From assembly GCA_051294375.1 (NCBI GenBank), contig CM119266.1, positions 1,307,554 through 1,371,553 of the forward strand: DNA of 64,000 nt, read 5' to 3'. Each line of letters starts with the position of its first letter. The stretch's first letter is position 1. The notes below the pieces were generated by a model. It saw only the letters and a program-made list of their open reading frames with translations. It did not search any database and was not told the DNA's origin. The stretch is from Paraspadella gotoi. Its lineage: Eukaryota > Animalia > Chaetognatha. Shown in pieces: positions 32,909 to 47,194 of this stretch. The position numbers were made by a program, and so were the translations under genes.

Positions 32909-35900
32909 ATGTCATCTTACGATAGTTCGAGCGATGAGACGGAAAGTGATGAATGGTCCGAGTCGGAAACCGAATCTGAAGAAGAGTCGACGGAATATGA
33001 AGAAAGTTCGGACAGCACGGAATACACCGACACATCATCTGACGAGGAGCGGGATTGGAATATAAGCGCTAATAAAGGTGGCGATATGAACATCTAATAA
33101 TATCTATCTAATATTAAATACGTCTAATTTAACTTTTCATTACATTCGACCAGGAAAATCACCGAAAAAGGGAAAGAAAGGTGACAAGAAGTAAGTTGGA
33201 TTCAAATGATAGGTTTTCGAGTTACGAAGGACAAGTCGCGGCATTGATTCGAACCAGGGCCTCTGGAGGTTCCTCGTCTATCGTGTGGCCGGAATTTACC
33301 GACGCTGGAGTCAATAGTGAAAAGTGGTCCGAAGAAAAAGGGAAAAAGGATAAAGGGAAAAAGGGAAAAGGGAAAAAGGATAAAGGGAAAAAAGGAAAAA
33401 ACAAATCAATGAATAAAGCAGCAAAAGGCGGAAAGGGAGGAAAAGGCGGAAAAGCCAAGGTAATTGATGGCGTGAAATACGGAGCTTATACAATACAATA
33501 CAATACAATACAATACAATACAATACAATATACATTCGTCTCGAATACGGGAATAGTTACTGAATTTTGATATGGAGTTTTTATGGAATCTTTTTAACGG
33601 TATAATTAAAACGTCAGCAATGGCTAATTTTAATTTTATGAAGCTGATAATTTTAGACAAATGGTTTTTGATCAAAAAGCTCTCTCATAACTATATTTTT
33701 TTTCATTCATCCATTCATTCATTCATTCATTCATTCATTCTCTCTCGTACTTCATGTTAGAGTGCTGGTTTTTGCTCAGATGCTATAAAATGCAGTTCTT
33801 CCCTCTTTCACAATAATATCCGCCTTTTTTTAAAACTATCTTCCTTCTTTAAGGTGAAACCGGAATCACCAGCTGAGAAAAAACCAAGTTTCTTTATTGA
33901 CCCTCAAGGGCGACCGAAATTATTTTTAAAAAATCATGATACGGAGATAACTTGGGTCCGACCCTCGGAATATTTCGCTTCTCTCAATCAAACGCCGAAC
34001 AAACCGAGCGTTATTGCGGACAAAACGAAAAACTTTAATCTAGTAGACGAGAATCTTCATCTGTTTGAACAGTAAGTGCGATTTTATTAACTGATTTTTA
34101 CTTTAATTTAAAGTAATTAATTTTATTAATATTATTTATTAATTGTTAATGTCGACGTAATTTGTTAAATTTTTAAGTTACCTGTAAATATTTGTGAGAT
34201 GTACCTACTACTGGAGTTTAAATACTATAAACACGACGTATAATTATTAATTTATTAATCACCTGATGAGCTAAATTATCTTGAGCAGATTAGCTCAAAC
34301 TTGTTTTTATTATTCTTCGCCCTTATAAGTTATCTCTCAACTTTTTAGTGAAGTCATGCTATGGATTATTTCTATAGTCAGCTGCCTAATGGAATTATCC
34401 AAAACAGAGCGGTTTTTCAACCCCGCTCAGTTTGGTTCGGGAAATGGCTGGAAACCATGGGATCACGTTTATGCCATAACTAAGGTAATTTGAGATGAAT
34501 GCTTATGATGAAAAATTATAAAATACTGTAAACATTATTTGAATTAATTCTATTTGCATAGTAAGGTAGTAATTATATTTTCGCTATATTTTTGTTTAAT
34601 CAGTCCATTATATTAAAACTTTAAAATGTTAAATATATATTATAGAGTAGGTAATAAAACAGAACAGGTTTAATTCTAAAAAAATTTTTAGACATTTGTA
34701 AAAAACGAAAAATGGACATAAATTTTCCTGTAACGTATTGAACAAAACTTTAAAATGTCTTTTATAGTTAAGTGCTATACACAATAAACAAGCATCGACT
34801 GTTAAAATTAAAAGTGCTATTTTTAGCTCAAGAAAAAGGCCCCTCATGCGCCGCAATACAATCCTTATGGAAAATATGTTGTACGTTTATATTGGATGGG
34901 AACGTGGAGAAAAATAGTGATCGATGACGAATTACCAGTCAACAAAGAGGTAAATTATTTATTACATGAGAACATAATAGCTTCTTTATTGTGGAAGACG
35001 AAGCCTTGACCAGTTAAATCTTTTTTTTCTTGTTACTGAAGTCTAAGGGTGAATGGGCATTTTTTTGTGATGCAAATACAAATTTTTAATCATGGGAGAT
35101 ATTAGAAACTTAACATATATATATATCTATAAACTTATTTTTGAGAAGTTGCAAATTACTTGAATTACTTATCTGAAATATAAATTATAAAAAATATGGT
35201 TATGCCTTTTTTATAAATATTTTTTAGCCGTTTTTTTTAAATAAATGTCGTATGTATCCTGATTAAGTGTGACTTTTTGGCATCAAGGACACTCTGGCGG
35301 TGTTTACCTCACCTGATATAGCTTACTAGAATTATTTTTAAAAGTTGTCAAAACTAAATGTTTAAAATTGAACTGAGGAAACAGGGATCCCTAAACCAGT
35401 TGATAGTTTCAAGCGAGGATTAATCTGAGATCCAAATAAAGAAAATTAAATTTCTGCCTGCAATAATGTTGCGCTTTATGAAAACTAAACAGTAAATCAT
35501 TAAAAAAATAGCATGTTTAAATAGATTCTGATTTTGGCAGGATTAGTGTCTATTAGTCTCATTAATACTACTACGTTTCATTATTTTTCATCTGGTACTT
35601 GAAGACTGAATACAAAATTGAGCCAAAATGTTTTTTCTTTCCAGGGGAAGCTTTTACTTCCTCAAACTTGTCACATGCAAGAAATGTGGCCAATAATTTT
35701 ATCAAAAGGAATATTGAAAGTTCTTGGTTTATGCACTCCTGTTAATTGTGATAATATTCAAACTGACATCTTAAACACTGCTATAGGTATTAGAGGGTTA
35801 GTAATACTTAAAATTTTTATGATAATCATTTTTTAAAATCTTTAATAATATTATAACCATATTGGGGCACTGATTGATTTATTTATTGATGTTTGATCTT

Positions 35901-38900
35901 TTCCCTCCTTTGATTGGTTCAACAATTTAGTATTTAATCGAACCTTAAGTTCATATTGATAGGTGTAATTAATAAAACTTTTGCTATTCAGTTCACATGT
36001 TAACGGGTTGGATTCCTGAAACAATTCATTTGGCTCAATTAGTTAAATCAATCGACATAAAACGTAACCTAAATGAAAAGCTCGTTTCGGATTCATCTTT
36101 GCTATTTAAGGTATGGCAAAATTATCTCACTGAAACGAAAGAATGGAAAATATTTGTTCCTGAGCCTGAAGGGATAAAGAATGCTGAAAAATCTGGGAAA
36201 AAAGGGAAAAAAGATAAAAAAGGAAAGAAAGATAAAAAAGGTAAGAGTCGAAATGCGTCAGCTTCAAAAAAAAAGAAAGATAAAAAGAAGGGTAAAGGAA
36301 AGAAAGGAAGTGCTACTGTCACTAAACCAGAGATGGTTTTGTTCTCCTCTCTATCCGAAGATTCATTAAGACATTTTAAAACACGTGACCCGCGAGAATA
36401 TGACATGGATGCTTTGAACAGAACCCACGTGAGAACGATACCCCATCCTCTCCTAATCACCCAACACCGAAAATGTAAAATTATTACATATTTAGACGAG
36501 GAAATACCTAAATGGAAACTTTTTCGGCCAAGAAAAATAAGAACGCACAACGACGACGAATTTCTCCCACTTCTAGAGGGAGATAGAGGCGAATATTGGA
36601 TCGAAGTAAAATCTCCTCTCATTTCGAAATCGAAACATCAGGAGATGAATTACGAATGCGAAGAAATCAAATCGGACGTAGACTATTTAAGATCTGCATG
36701 GATACATTTAAAAGATTTTTCTCGCCTTTTCGGTTCATTGATGATTTTTCACAAGCCCTTTACTTATAAGAATAATTTAAAGAAAACCGAATTAAATAGG
36801 ATCAATGAAATATTTACACATCTGGCTACCGTTAAAAGAGTTAATCTACCAAATAAACTGAATCATAATGATAAAAAGGAACGGCTCTTTTTATTTGTCG
36901 ATTCTTTAGAGAATATCAAAATACTTTGGGGTTTTTGTTCTCTTCCATACTGGCGTCCTCTCCCGCCAGAACCTCAACCACCGCCACCACCTAATATTTG
37001 TCAATGTGGAATCGAGCCATTTGTTCCTCCTGAACCAGAAATAGATCCTGATCATGAAGCATTTAAATTATTCTATTTTAAAAAATATGGTATATCTGAC
37101 GACTCATCATCCGGAGGAAAATTATCCACAAGAATATATTCTTGGATATTTGACAAAAAAAATTTACCTTTTTTTAATATAGACACTCACACAATGACAG
37201 GAAAAAGTTTATTTTTACCTAGGGGAAGGTATGTTATAGAACTCACTGTGGAAGTTCCACTTGGCTACCATTTACATTTGTGTTCTACTTCCTCATTTAC
37301 ACTAGGTACTGAAGATATTATACTTCCTTTGTTGGCTCAAGAAAGTTTATGTTTTAAAGAATTTAGCGCTAATCTTTTAAGAAAAACGTTGGATTTTTTA
37401 ATAGCTTTCTGTCGAGTAGGGGGTGAAAACCTACCCCCTAATGCAACTGAACTTTTTGATGTTTGTGAAAAATGCAGTAAAGGCATGTTATGCGAATGTC
37501 CCTGTGAAGTAGTAAAAAAAGTAGAAAATTGTAATAGTTGGGAACGGATTCCTAAACCGTATACCATAGCTAAAAACGATCTTTACCAATTACTTTTAAG
37601 CTCAGGTACAAGTTTGGCATATTTTGATGAAAAATGGCAAGCTTTGTTGGAAGGGTTTTATTCGATGCTTAGAAAAGTAGTTCCCCGTGCTAGTCAAACT
37701 TTTGATTTATTATTAAGCTTAAGGAGTAATTTTGTTGATTTACAGAACCGTTTGATTTTTAATTTCGAACCCAAATATAAAACTGAGATATCGACAGGTT
37801 TTAAAACCGAAACTGAAACTGAAAATTCAACAAGTAAACCTTCTTTATCTGAAGAAACAGAAATAAATGCGGCAGTAACTATTCAAAAATTTTATAGAGG
37901 TCATTACATTAGAAAGATAATGAATGCAAGAATATATCGAACTGTGGGCCATAAGCGCGCATGTGAAAATTTAATGAAATTGGTCAAAATGCTGGAACCA
38001 AAACTTCAAGAATATGGTATATACTTTCTGAGGGAAATGTTCAAAGCGAATGAGAATCTGTATAGGTATTTCAGATTTTCAGAAAATGATGAAAAGCACA
38101 CTTGTCACTATGTAGATTACAACGGCTCTTACTCAGACAGTATTATAAAATGTAATCAGCTGTTCCGAACCACATTTATTATACCAGAGGATTTATCAAA
38201 AACTAATTTGATTAAGTTCCGAAATTTTAATCCTACTAAAAATACCAGAATAAAAATATTTAGCAATGATACGCCTTCAACCTTAATAAATAACATAACA
38301 TCCAACGTATTTTCTCGCGACGAATCCAGTTACACAATCATTGGTGAACAAAAATCTAAAGGCGGCGAAACGGCGCGAGAATGGAAATTTCGTTTGATCG
38401 GAGCTCATTTGCCGCTTCCTACATTAATTTCCAAATCGGGAGGAAGCCTATCCAAGGAAACATTTCAAGAATATTACTGTCCGGATCGAAGCGGACTCTT
38501 ATTCGAGTTTGATTTGTTCACAACTATTGAAAAACAACTACTAAGTTTTTATGTAGAAACAACAAACGAGAGTGCCCATATAAGATTGACATTGTTAGAA
38601 GAAAACGAAACCGTTTTGCAATCGGTCGGGCAAGGATGTTCTGGATTCCCTGCTATTAATATTCACGGGATTGTTCCCCCTCCGTCAAACGATGATGTTG
38701 TAGAAGAAGGGGAAGAAGAAGGAGAAGAAGAGGAAGAAGAAAATATTCCCAAACGATTGTATCGGTTACAATGTGAGGTGTTGAAACAATCGTGGCCGTT
38801 GACCAGGAACGAATGGGAATTCGTCAAAAGGCTTTGGGAAGAAAAAAGGAAAACTTACTTATTATTTAATATCGCAGAAGAGCAGGAAAGCGAAATTGAA

Positions 38901-40404
38901 AACATTGAAAAACCATCACCTGAGGAAAATGAAGAACCTGAGGAACCAGCGAGTAATCCTGAAATGACTGATGAGATCGAAGTATTCGATACGACTCGCC
39001 CGCATTGGACTTTAGTAATTGTATGTAACATGGAAGAAAAAGAACATTTTAAAATTGATCGAGTTTTTTCGAAAAGAGCAGAAATTTTTTCCATAAAACA
39101 AACGTGGCAAGTGATGGAGGAAAATCGAGCCTTGAGGGCGGCTGAAAACAGAAAAAAATTCGTTGTAGCTCCCATAAATATTTCCGATGAGAATCTCGAA
39201 TCTTTTTCAAATTCTTATCAAAACGATGAATATAATGAAGAGAAACTTTTAGAACCAGAACCAGAGGAGAAGTTTGAGAAAATAACAATAAATAAGTATC
39301 CGTATTTCCCTATCCAACCTTACAAACAATTGACGTATAAGAACTTGCCAGAGATAGAATTTAATAAATATCAAAGGCAACACTATGATTACTATCTGCA
39401 CCAAAATGCCGTGATTGAACTATTCGAATATAATGGGCTGTCGTGTGTAAGATACAATCACGCAAAACTCGAACAACTAAACAATTATGATGGACTAATT
39501 GTTTCGAAGCAACTCAACGAGCATTCCTGTCAAATCGAAAGAAACGCGATATTAGAAAGACAAAATAAGGAACTGGAAGAAAAACTGCTCGAGTTAAAGG
39601 TAAAATATTACATTTAAATAACAAATTGATATTTATTTTCATAACAGGAATTACTATCGTAATTGCAAAAATAATTTTAGCGCTGTAATTCCTGAAATGA
39701 AAATATGTATCAATTATATGCTATGTCATTATCTATGAAGAGTGATGGAGGCCTTAAACCACCAAAGCCTGTCCAAAGTCAGGGGCAAGATAGCTTATTT
39801 ATTAAATGAATGGATAATTTTTATATTGGTTGTACCAATTTCATAAAATTCAGCTCCTTGTATTTTGATGCTAGTGCGGAGTACAATAAGTATTCCCCGA
39901 TCTAAACTTAAGGGAGTGGTCTTTTCATACAATTGAAACATTCTTTGAAATATTATACCACTTCATTGATAGGGAAGCCAGGTACTCTGGGAGTGAATAA
40001 ACGAGACTGTGAGAGAGTCTTGATTGAAAGCTGCAGGGACCTGCTATGTCATTATTTGTAAGAGTGATGGAGGCCTTAAACCACCAAAGCCTGTCCAAAG
40101 TCAGGGGCAAGATAGCTTATTTATTAAATGAATGGATAATTTTTATATTGGTTGTACCAATTTCATTTATTTAATTTCCATAAAATCAAGATGATAAATA
40201 TCTGTTTATACATTTTTTCAAACTGACTTTTATTTCGTTTTCACTGAAATTTAAATGGATCTAAAATCTAATGACGATTGAATAAAGAAACATTTTAATT
40301 ATTTCTTGCAGCGACTCAAAGAGGCTCAAGAACTAGAAGCAGCAAATAAAGCAAAAGAAGCAAAACCTAAAGCTAAAGGAAAAGCTAAGAAGAAAAAAAA
40401 ATAA
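32909..40404 (+). CDS. ADGB: Androglobin (calpain-like domain, circularly permuted globin split by an IQ motif)
   Basis: Exons 32909-33077, 33154-33190, 33213-33459, 33854-34071, 34349-34484, 34827-34949, 35645-35786, 35992-39599, 40312-40404. Androglobin-like motifs IVWPEF..VNSEKW, FFIDPQG, WKPWDHVY, YNPYGKYVVRLYWMGTWRKIVIDDELP, EMWPIILSK, HMLTGWIPE, LFVDSL, PLGYHLHLCS, IQ motif AAVTIQKFYRGHYIRK, PHWTL, WQ..EENRA. Confidence 0.93.
39719..40166. repeat. ~125-bp direct repeat (39719-39844 and ~40042-40166) in the last androglobin intron
   Basis: gctatgtcattat..agagtgatggaggccttaaaccaccaaagcctgtcc..ttgtaccaatttcat twice. Confidence 0.9.
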
Positions 40405-41338
40405 TTGTAATAACATATTCTTGTGTTCACTTTAATAAATTTTTTATTTCATTTATCAATCATCTTATAATTATGAAGTATAGTCGACAGTTAATCTTAA
40501 TGCTGTCCGAATTTTGAATTTATTTAAATTTTCAGGTATAGAATTAGAATTAGTTTATCTTAATATTTTTAAAGCGATATTAGGAATTTAAAAAAAAAAT
40601 TAACAAGATGGTTCCATTCAATGTGTTGCGGCGCAGTGACTTTCTTTTCACCTGTGATCACGTGACGACATAACTATGAAATTTATGTAAAAAAAAGTTA
40701 TTATACTTGATCACTTCTTTGCAAATTTTTAACTCAAACAACCCGACATTACAAGAAATATGCCGCGTTTACTTTGTGATCACGTGACCCTAGTTTCTCG
40801 TGGTCTCGTGACTACACAAGTATGAACACGATGAAGCATTTAGTAATGTTTTACCAGTCTCGCCAGTACTCGCGGCGCGACTAAAAATTTGGCAAATCCA
40901 CCAGGTAGGTGAAAAAGAGGTGAAACAATGGTACATCAGAAAGTGACTTGACTCTAGTTAATAAGGTGGGCCAGAAATGGTTTAAATCGCAAATTTACTG
41001 GAAAACCAGTTTTGTTCCTGAAAGAGAAAGATTTTATTACTATTATCTTCGTTTCAAAACTCAAAACGATTGACCAATTAATCGACAGAGTGTCTTCCAC
41101 ATCATTTTAATTTTTTCTGATTCTTTAATCGGAGGTATTCTAAGAGTAAGAGATAGGAGGCGTACCAAGGATCCGACAATGTTAAGCTGACGCGACTAAA
41201 AAAAATCCTTTGCCTTAACTCCGCTCAATTACTTCCTTAGAGAATTTGTCTAATTTTAAGCAATACAAAATTAGATCACCTTCTTTTAATTTTTATTTAT
41301 TTTCATTTATATTTGGATTCGCCTCGTCCAAAGAAGGA

Positions 41339-42027
41339 ATGGCGAAGAGAACTCCTTCCGAAATTCCGCTCTGCGTCAAAGGTTAAAAAAAAAAAATTAA
41401 ATGAATGAATGAAATGAGTGAATTAATGAATGAATGAATGAATGAATGCCGATAAAAGGATAAATGAGCCCCCTCAATTGCGCGGTTATTAAAAGAGTAT
41501 TTATGTCACTGAAATTTTAAATATTTTTCAATCTTTATTGTATTAATTTCAAGTTCGCACTGTAGCGGATGCGCAAACGGAACTGGAAGAGATCTCGGCG
41601 AAGGACGCGGAGAAGGTGAGTAACAAATTAAGTAAGTTCCACCTTTGATAATGTTTATCTTAAAAGGAATTTTAGCGAGTACCGTGTCGTAGATGACGTA
41701 CGCCCTAAATTAAGTGGAAAATGAAAAAAAAAATATAATGCGAAGTGAATTTTCACTGTTTAGCGAAGACTTGGTGATCATTCACCGAATTTCCAGGTTC
41801 CCGAAAATGAAACCAACAAAAACGAAAACAATGCGTCTTCCTCAACGACGAGACCGACTGCAGCCGCCGCCGCCGCCGACGCTGCCGGTGCGGACGCTTC
41901 TTCGGACGCCGGTGCAGGCTGCGATGCCGGAACGGGCGAAGACGCGTCTCCCGGCGCCGTCGATGTCGCTGCCGACGATGCTGTCGGCGCCGGAGGAGCG
42001 AAAGCGGTGATTGGCTGGATGGATTAG
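41339..42027 (+). CDS. Small acidic, Ala/Gly-rich orphan protein (~111 aa; further 5' exons possible)
   Basis: Exons 41339-41381, 41554-41615, 41797-42027 are phase-consistent: MAKRTPSEIPLCVKVRTVADAQTELEEISAKDAEKVPENETNK..AAAAAADAAGADASSDAGAGCDAG..VIGWMD*. Confidence 0.55.
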
Positions 42028-42906
42028 CCATTTACATTTAGTTACTTTAATGTTAATTATTCAGAGTCTCGCGAATTAAAAGTCGCTTCCCTCTGGACTT
42101 CGATTCGTCATTTATTCATTCAAGAGAAATTCGCTGAATCGATTCGATGAATCTATTTGAATGAATTACAAAATAGCTTCGGAACAAAATAATTCATTAA
42201 GTCAATTTAGTTTCTAATTTATTTTCAGCTTATGTTTAGTTTTTGATCTTTTGTTAATTTATTCCGAAATATTTTATTTTATAAATGAAAACGAGATGTC
42301 AGCACCAGTTTCTTCAAAACGAAGTAAAGAATAAAAAACAAAGAAGCAAGGCTTGTGCCTTCAGTTATATCCTGATTGAAAAAACGAAAAGTTCTATACA
42401 AGTACAATATTGAAATAAAAGATTTTCCTTCTAAAACAGCTGTCAGCGAACTAATGAATTTTCCTTATTTGAATGTTGAATACGGTTTCTAAAAAAGCAC
42501 GTATTTTCTAGTAAGAAAAACAAGTTTTAGTGAGGTGCCATTTTGATTTATTTATCAATAGTAAAGTCCATTTCTCTACTCGAAACACTGTACGGTGCCA
42601 CTGTTAGTTATTATTAATAGATAAAAACATTTTAATCAATAAATTTAACGAATAATGACTTTGCAGCATGGGGTACGAAAATGCTTATCATTGGCAAGCA
42701 ATCTTTTTCGAAATTTTATGCTAAAAAAAGACAACTTAACGCGAATATAAGAAATATAAAAAACTCAAAGTTTTGTAGTTATTTCATTTTAGGAAACTTG
42801 AAAGAGAATTTTCTTCCACTGGAGGTCAAGTTTTTAAAATTATTTTTTGGTCCGTCAGTCGGTCAATCGGTCTGGTTTGAGTTTTTTTCGGAAGGACTTT
42901 GCCGAG

Positions 42907-43138
42907 TCACGCAAAGACGCCGCCAGCGACGACGACGACGACAAAGACGCCGACCCACGGCGCCGTTCTCGACGTCGCTGCTCGATTCGGCGCCAAAAAC
43001 GCGGCGACGGCGCCGAATGATCCGTTGTTCGGCGCCGCGACGACGCCGGTCACGTGACACATGAGGTTGTAGACGTCGACGGAATCGAAGGCCGGGGTGT
43101 GGCGCCTGGGAGGAAGGCTGAGGGAGAGAGAGAGAGAG

Positions 43139-43218
<80 letters not shown>

Positions 43219-46200
43219 AGAAAACGACATGAGAGTGAGAGAGCAAAAAGACATAAAAATAAATCAGGGAGCGTTTTTATCAGAGCGAATTTTATTTTAT
43301 GGCCAATATTTTGATCTTTTCCGCTTAATCATTCATTCTCCCCCCGCAGTCTTTTTATACATTAAGGCGATCTTCTCTCTCCCTTATCAATCTCTATCCA
43401 TTTTTTCTCATTTTTATAGCTCCCTCTACCCTCTGAGAGCCCTTCAGACACTTTGCGAAAGGATTCCAAAATTGGACCTCATTTGTTGAACAGGAACATA
43501 CCTCAGTCACGTTTATATCGTTTTCAAGGAAAAAATCCCTTTCATTTCTATATAAAGTCAGAGATAGAAAATTTTTCCGTCCAGAAGCAGTCTATTTGTT
43601 CTGGCTTATTTGATATCAAGATGTTGATGATTTGACAAGAGAAAAAAATACGAGCCCTTCAGATGCAAGAGGATCGGAATCAAGTATTTTTACATCGATA
43701 TTTTACCAGAATTTTTACCAGGAGCGTTTATATTGTTTGGTAGTCAGATTTGAACGAAAATCTCCATTGAAAAAGTCTTCCTCGATCTCTAAGAACGACG
43801 TAGACTCCTAATTCTATGCGATTCCACTTCTCCATTTCCATCTCACATCTCAACCTCGCCCTACCCTTAACTGACCTTCTCATTTTCTCCTCTCTCATTT
43901 TCTTTCACCCCTCCCTCTCCCGCCTCACCCGGACCAAAGGCGAGGAACCCGTGCGCCATGGTAGGGAGTCGATTGTCGTATCCCCCGGCGCCGCGTAGGA
44001 TCAGGGGCGGCGCTGGGTCTTCGGTCTCGGGGTCGACGGAGAGATCCGGCGCCAGGGTTGGGGGCGTGGCGCGGCTCTGCGTTTGGGGGGAAGTGAGTTG
44101 GTGGGGGGGAGGTAGGGGGGGGTGAATTTACTGGTTGTGACTAGGATGTTATTAGGTTGCGTGATTATAGGAAATCTTATTCCATCGAATCCACCGAGAA
44201 CTCTCAATACTTAATAGGATAAGGATTATCTTACCCAAGGCATTATCGTTGGTAATTAGAGTTCTAGTTTAGTTGATTATTTCTTAATAATTAATTACTA
44301 TTAATTTTCCGGAAAATCACCGTCGTTTTCGTTATCTTTAATCATGGAACATTATCGTAATATAGCAAACGCCAATGTGATTAATTATTGTTTTTTTTTC
44401 GCAGAGAATCATATTTTTTTTGTTTAACTTATGTTCAAAAAATAAATATATAATATATAATATTATTAACAATATAACGCCCGTCATGAAAATGGATGCC
44501 AACAACGTGAAGCTTCCATGCGACCAGGTCTTTACCCTTCAACGCCGTTGAAGGGTAAAACTAAACGTCAATCAAAACGACGCGAAAATTTTGTGAAGTT
44601 CACAGATGGTGAAATGAGACTAACTTTAACTTTAACAGGCAGTGCGTTTATAAATATATAATTTATATATATATATTTACAAAATGGCTTTGTATCCCTA
44701 ACTTCAGATATTGGATAGAATTCTTTTTTTTTTATTTTAAAAATTTATGTGAATTGACGTAAAAAAAATTTCCCGGAATATTCAAGGCTGAAAATTATAT
44801 TTTTAATGATATTAAGTTTTCGCTTTGAAACTAATTGGTTGTTACTATAATAAAAAAAAACGAGAGAGTGGAACCTTGATGTCTCCTGGAAATAATTAGT
44901 TGTAAAAATGAGTTGGCGGGAAAAAAGGCCGGAGGAGAGAAGGGGTTGAGGTACGAGTAAAAAGAGAGGGTAAGGAGAGAGAGGGTAAGTAAAAGGTGAG
45001 AAAAGATGGAGGAGAGTAAGGACGCCTGGTGAGGCCTTTCAACGGGAAAGGCGTGAATTTGATGTGAGACAAGAGAAGCGAAAGACTGAGAGGTGAAGAA
45101 ATTTGTTTGAAGCCGAAGAAGCGAGAAATGAGGTGAGGACCGGGTGGGAGGCAGAGGCGATTGGTGGGTCTGGAGAAGAGCGGGAGTTTAACCGGGAGGT
45201 CTCTCAATACAAGCTTTGAAATTAAATATTTGAGTTAAAAATTATTTTCAACGGGTACATAAATAGATAAATAAATGACTGGTAAACAAACTATAAATAG
45301 GATCCGTAGAAAATAAAAACGATCGAAAAAAAAATCAAAGGAAGCGACGCGACTGAGTGACTAGTCTACCCTTAACCTCAACCCTCCGCCCCACCGCCCC
45401 TCCGCCCCCCTCGGTCCCCCCCAGGAAAAAAGAAAATGATTAGTGGAAGAAAAAGGTGGAAATCAGTCAAGACTTTGGAACAGACTTCCTCGACTTCAAA
45501 CGTCAGACAGATTGCAATGGGAGTTTGTTAGATCTGGGGTTAGCAGAGTTTAGTTTGATAGAGAATGATAATTAAATTAGTGAGCGTAGGGTGGCAAGAG
45601 GCCAAAAAGCAACGGTTCTCATTATTGTCAAGGCTCAATTTTCGTTCTCGTTATCGTCTTCCTTTTCTTTGCCTATCATCATTCTCTATCATCATCATTC
45701 ATCATCATATCATCATCATCATATCATCTCATATCATCATCATCATTATCATCTCACTCAAAAATCCAACATAATCATCAAACTCAATTCATCGTGATTC
45801 AGTCCCGACACCTCTTTTTCTTCCAAAACACCAGAATCACACTCCTCCGCCATACGCACTGCAGATGATACCTCGTCGGCCACCGCACCACGGCTGCAGG
45901 TCGCGCGCGTCGTAGTGCACACTGGCGGGAAGCGAGGTGGCGTTGTGGACGCTGAGACGAGCCGAAGAAGAAGAGAGCAACTTTATCACGATGATTGGTT
46001 AAAGGAGGGAAAAAGGCGAGTTATAAATTAGTACAATCATTATAATTTTTGATTATTTATTTAACACGTCAGCTATCTTGTTTCACCGGCTGAGGACAGG
46101 ATATGATCGGCTAAGGCCTTCATCCCTGTCACAAGTTAATAACAACGGTGTGATTCTTTCATATAAATGAAACAGTTTAAAAAAAAACAAAACAAAAAAA

Positions 46201-46985
46201 CATTATTTCACATCACTGCTTGCAAATTCACGTGCCCTGGGAGTTAATCAAGCTTGTAGGGTCCTGCCATATTATGCTTCCGACAGACAGACGGACAGAC
46301 GGATTCCCCCCCTCATCACCTCTTCCGTCCGATTCTCGAGCGGAAGGATGTTGACGATGGCGCCTTCGCCGACGACCCGGTCGACGAGCGACTCCAGGTT
46401 GGGCGCGAGCTCGTCGAGCGGAAGGAGACGGGACTGGAGCGATCAATGGATCGATCAAGCATTCGATTAATAGATAGATAAATCAATCAATAAATCAGTA
46501 AATCAGTAAATCAATAAATCGATCGATCAATCAATCAATCAATCAATCAATCGACTCACCCTCGTGATGCCGGCGATCCCGTGACTTCCGGTGACGATGA
46601 CGTTGACCTTCGATCGAAGATCCTTCATCTCGATTCTTTGATGAAGGAACAAAAGTTGACGATCGATTTGGCGAAGTTCGTCGAGGATTCCACTCGAGTC
46701 GGGACCGTTTCTGTCACGGATGGAGGGAAGGAGAGAATGGAAAAATGAATGAATGAGGATAGGAGCGAATGAATGAATGAATAAATTAAAGGAATTAATG
46801 GCTGGAGGAATAACTGGAGGAATGATTTAATGGATGAATGAACGAAAGAATGAATGAATGAATGAATGAATGAATGAATAAATGAATGTTAGAATAAATG
46901 TTTGAATAAATTAATGGATGAGTGGCGAAATGAAATAATAGGAAATAGGAACTGTTATAAAAAGAATAACCTTATGGAATATTTT

Positions 46986-47025
<40 letters not shown>

Positions 47026-47131
47026 CCTTTCAGCGATTCGTCTCAATTCTCCGTAGAAAATCGCACTCATTTCGACGCTGTCATCTTCGAAATGATTGAG
47101 AGTCCTGAAAGAAAAGAAGCGATCATCATCG

Positions 47132-47194
<63 letters not shown>

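Noticed and set aside
34260-34302. Hammerhead ribozyme (ctgatgag..stem..aaac)
   Set aside because: The GAAA core is missing (tcaaac) and no convincing stems I/III were found
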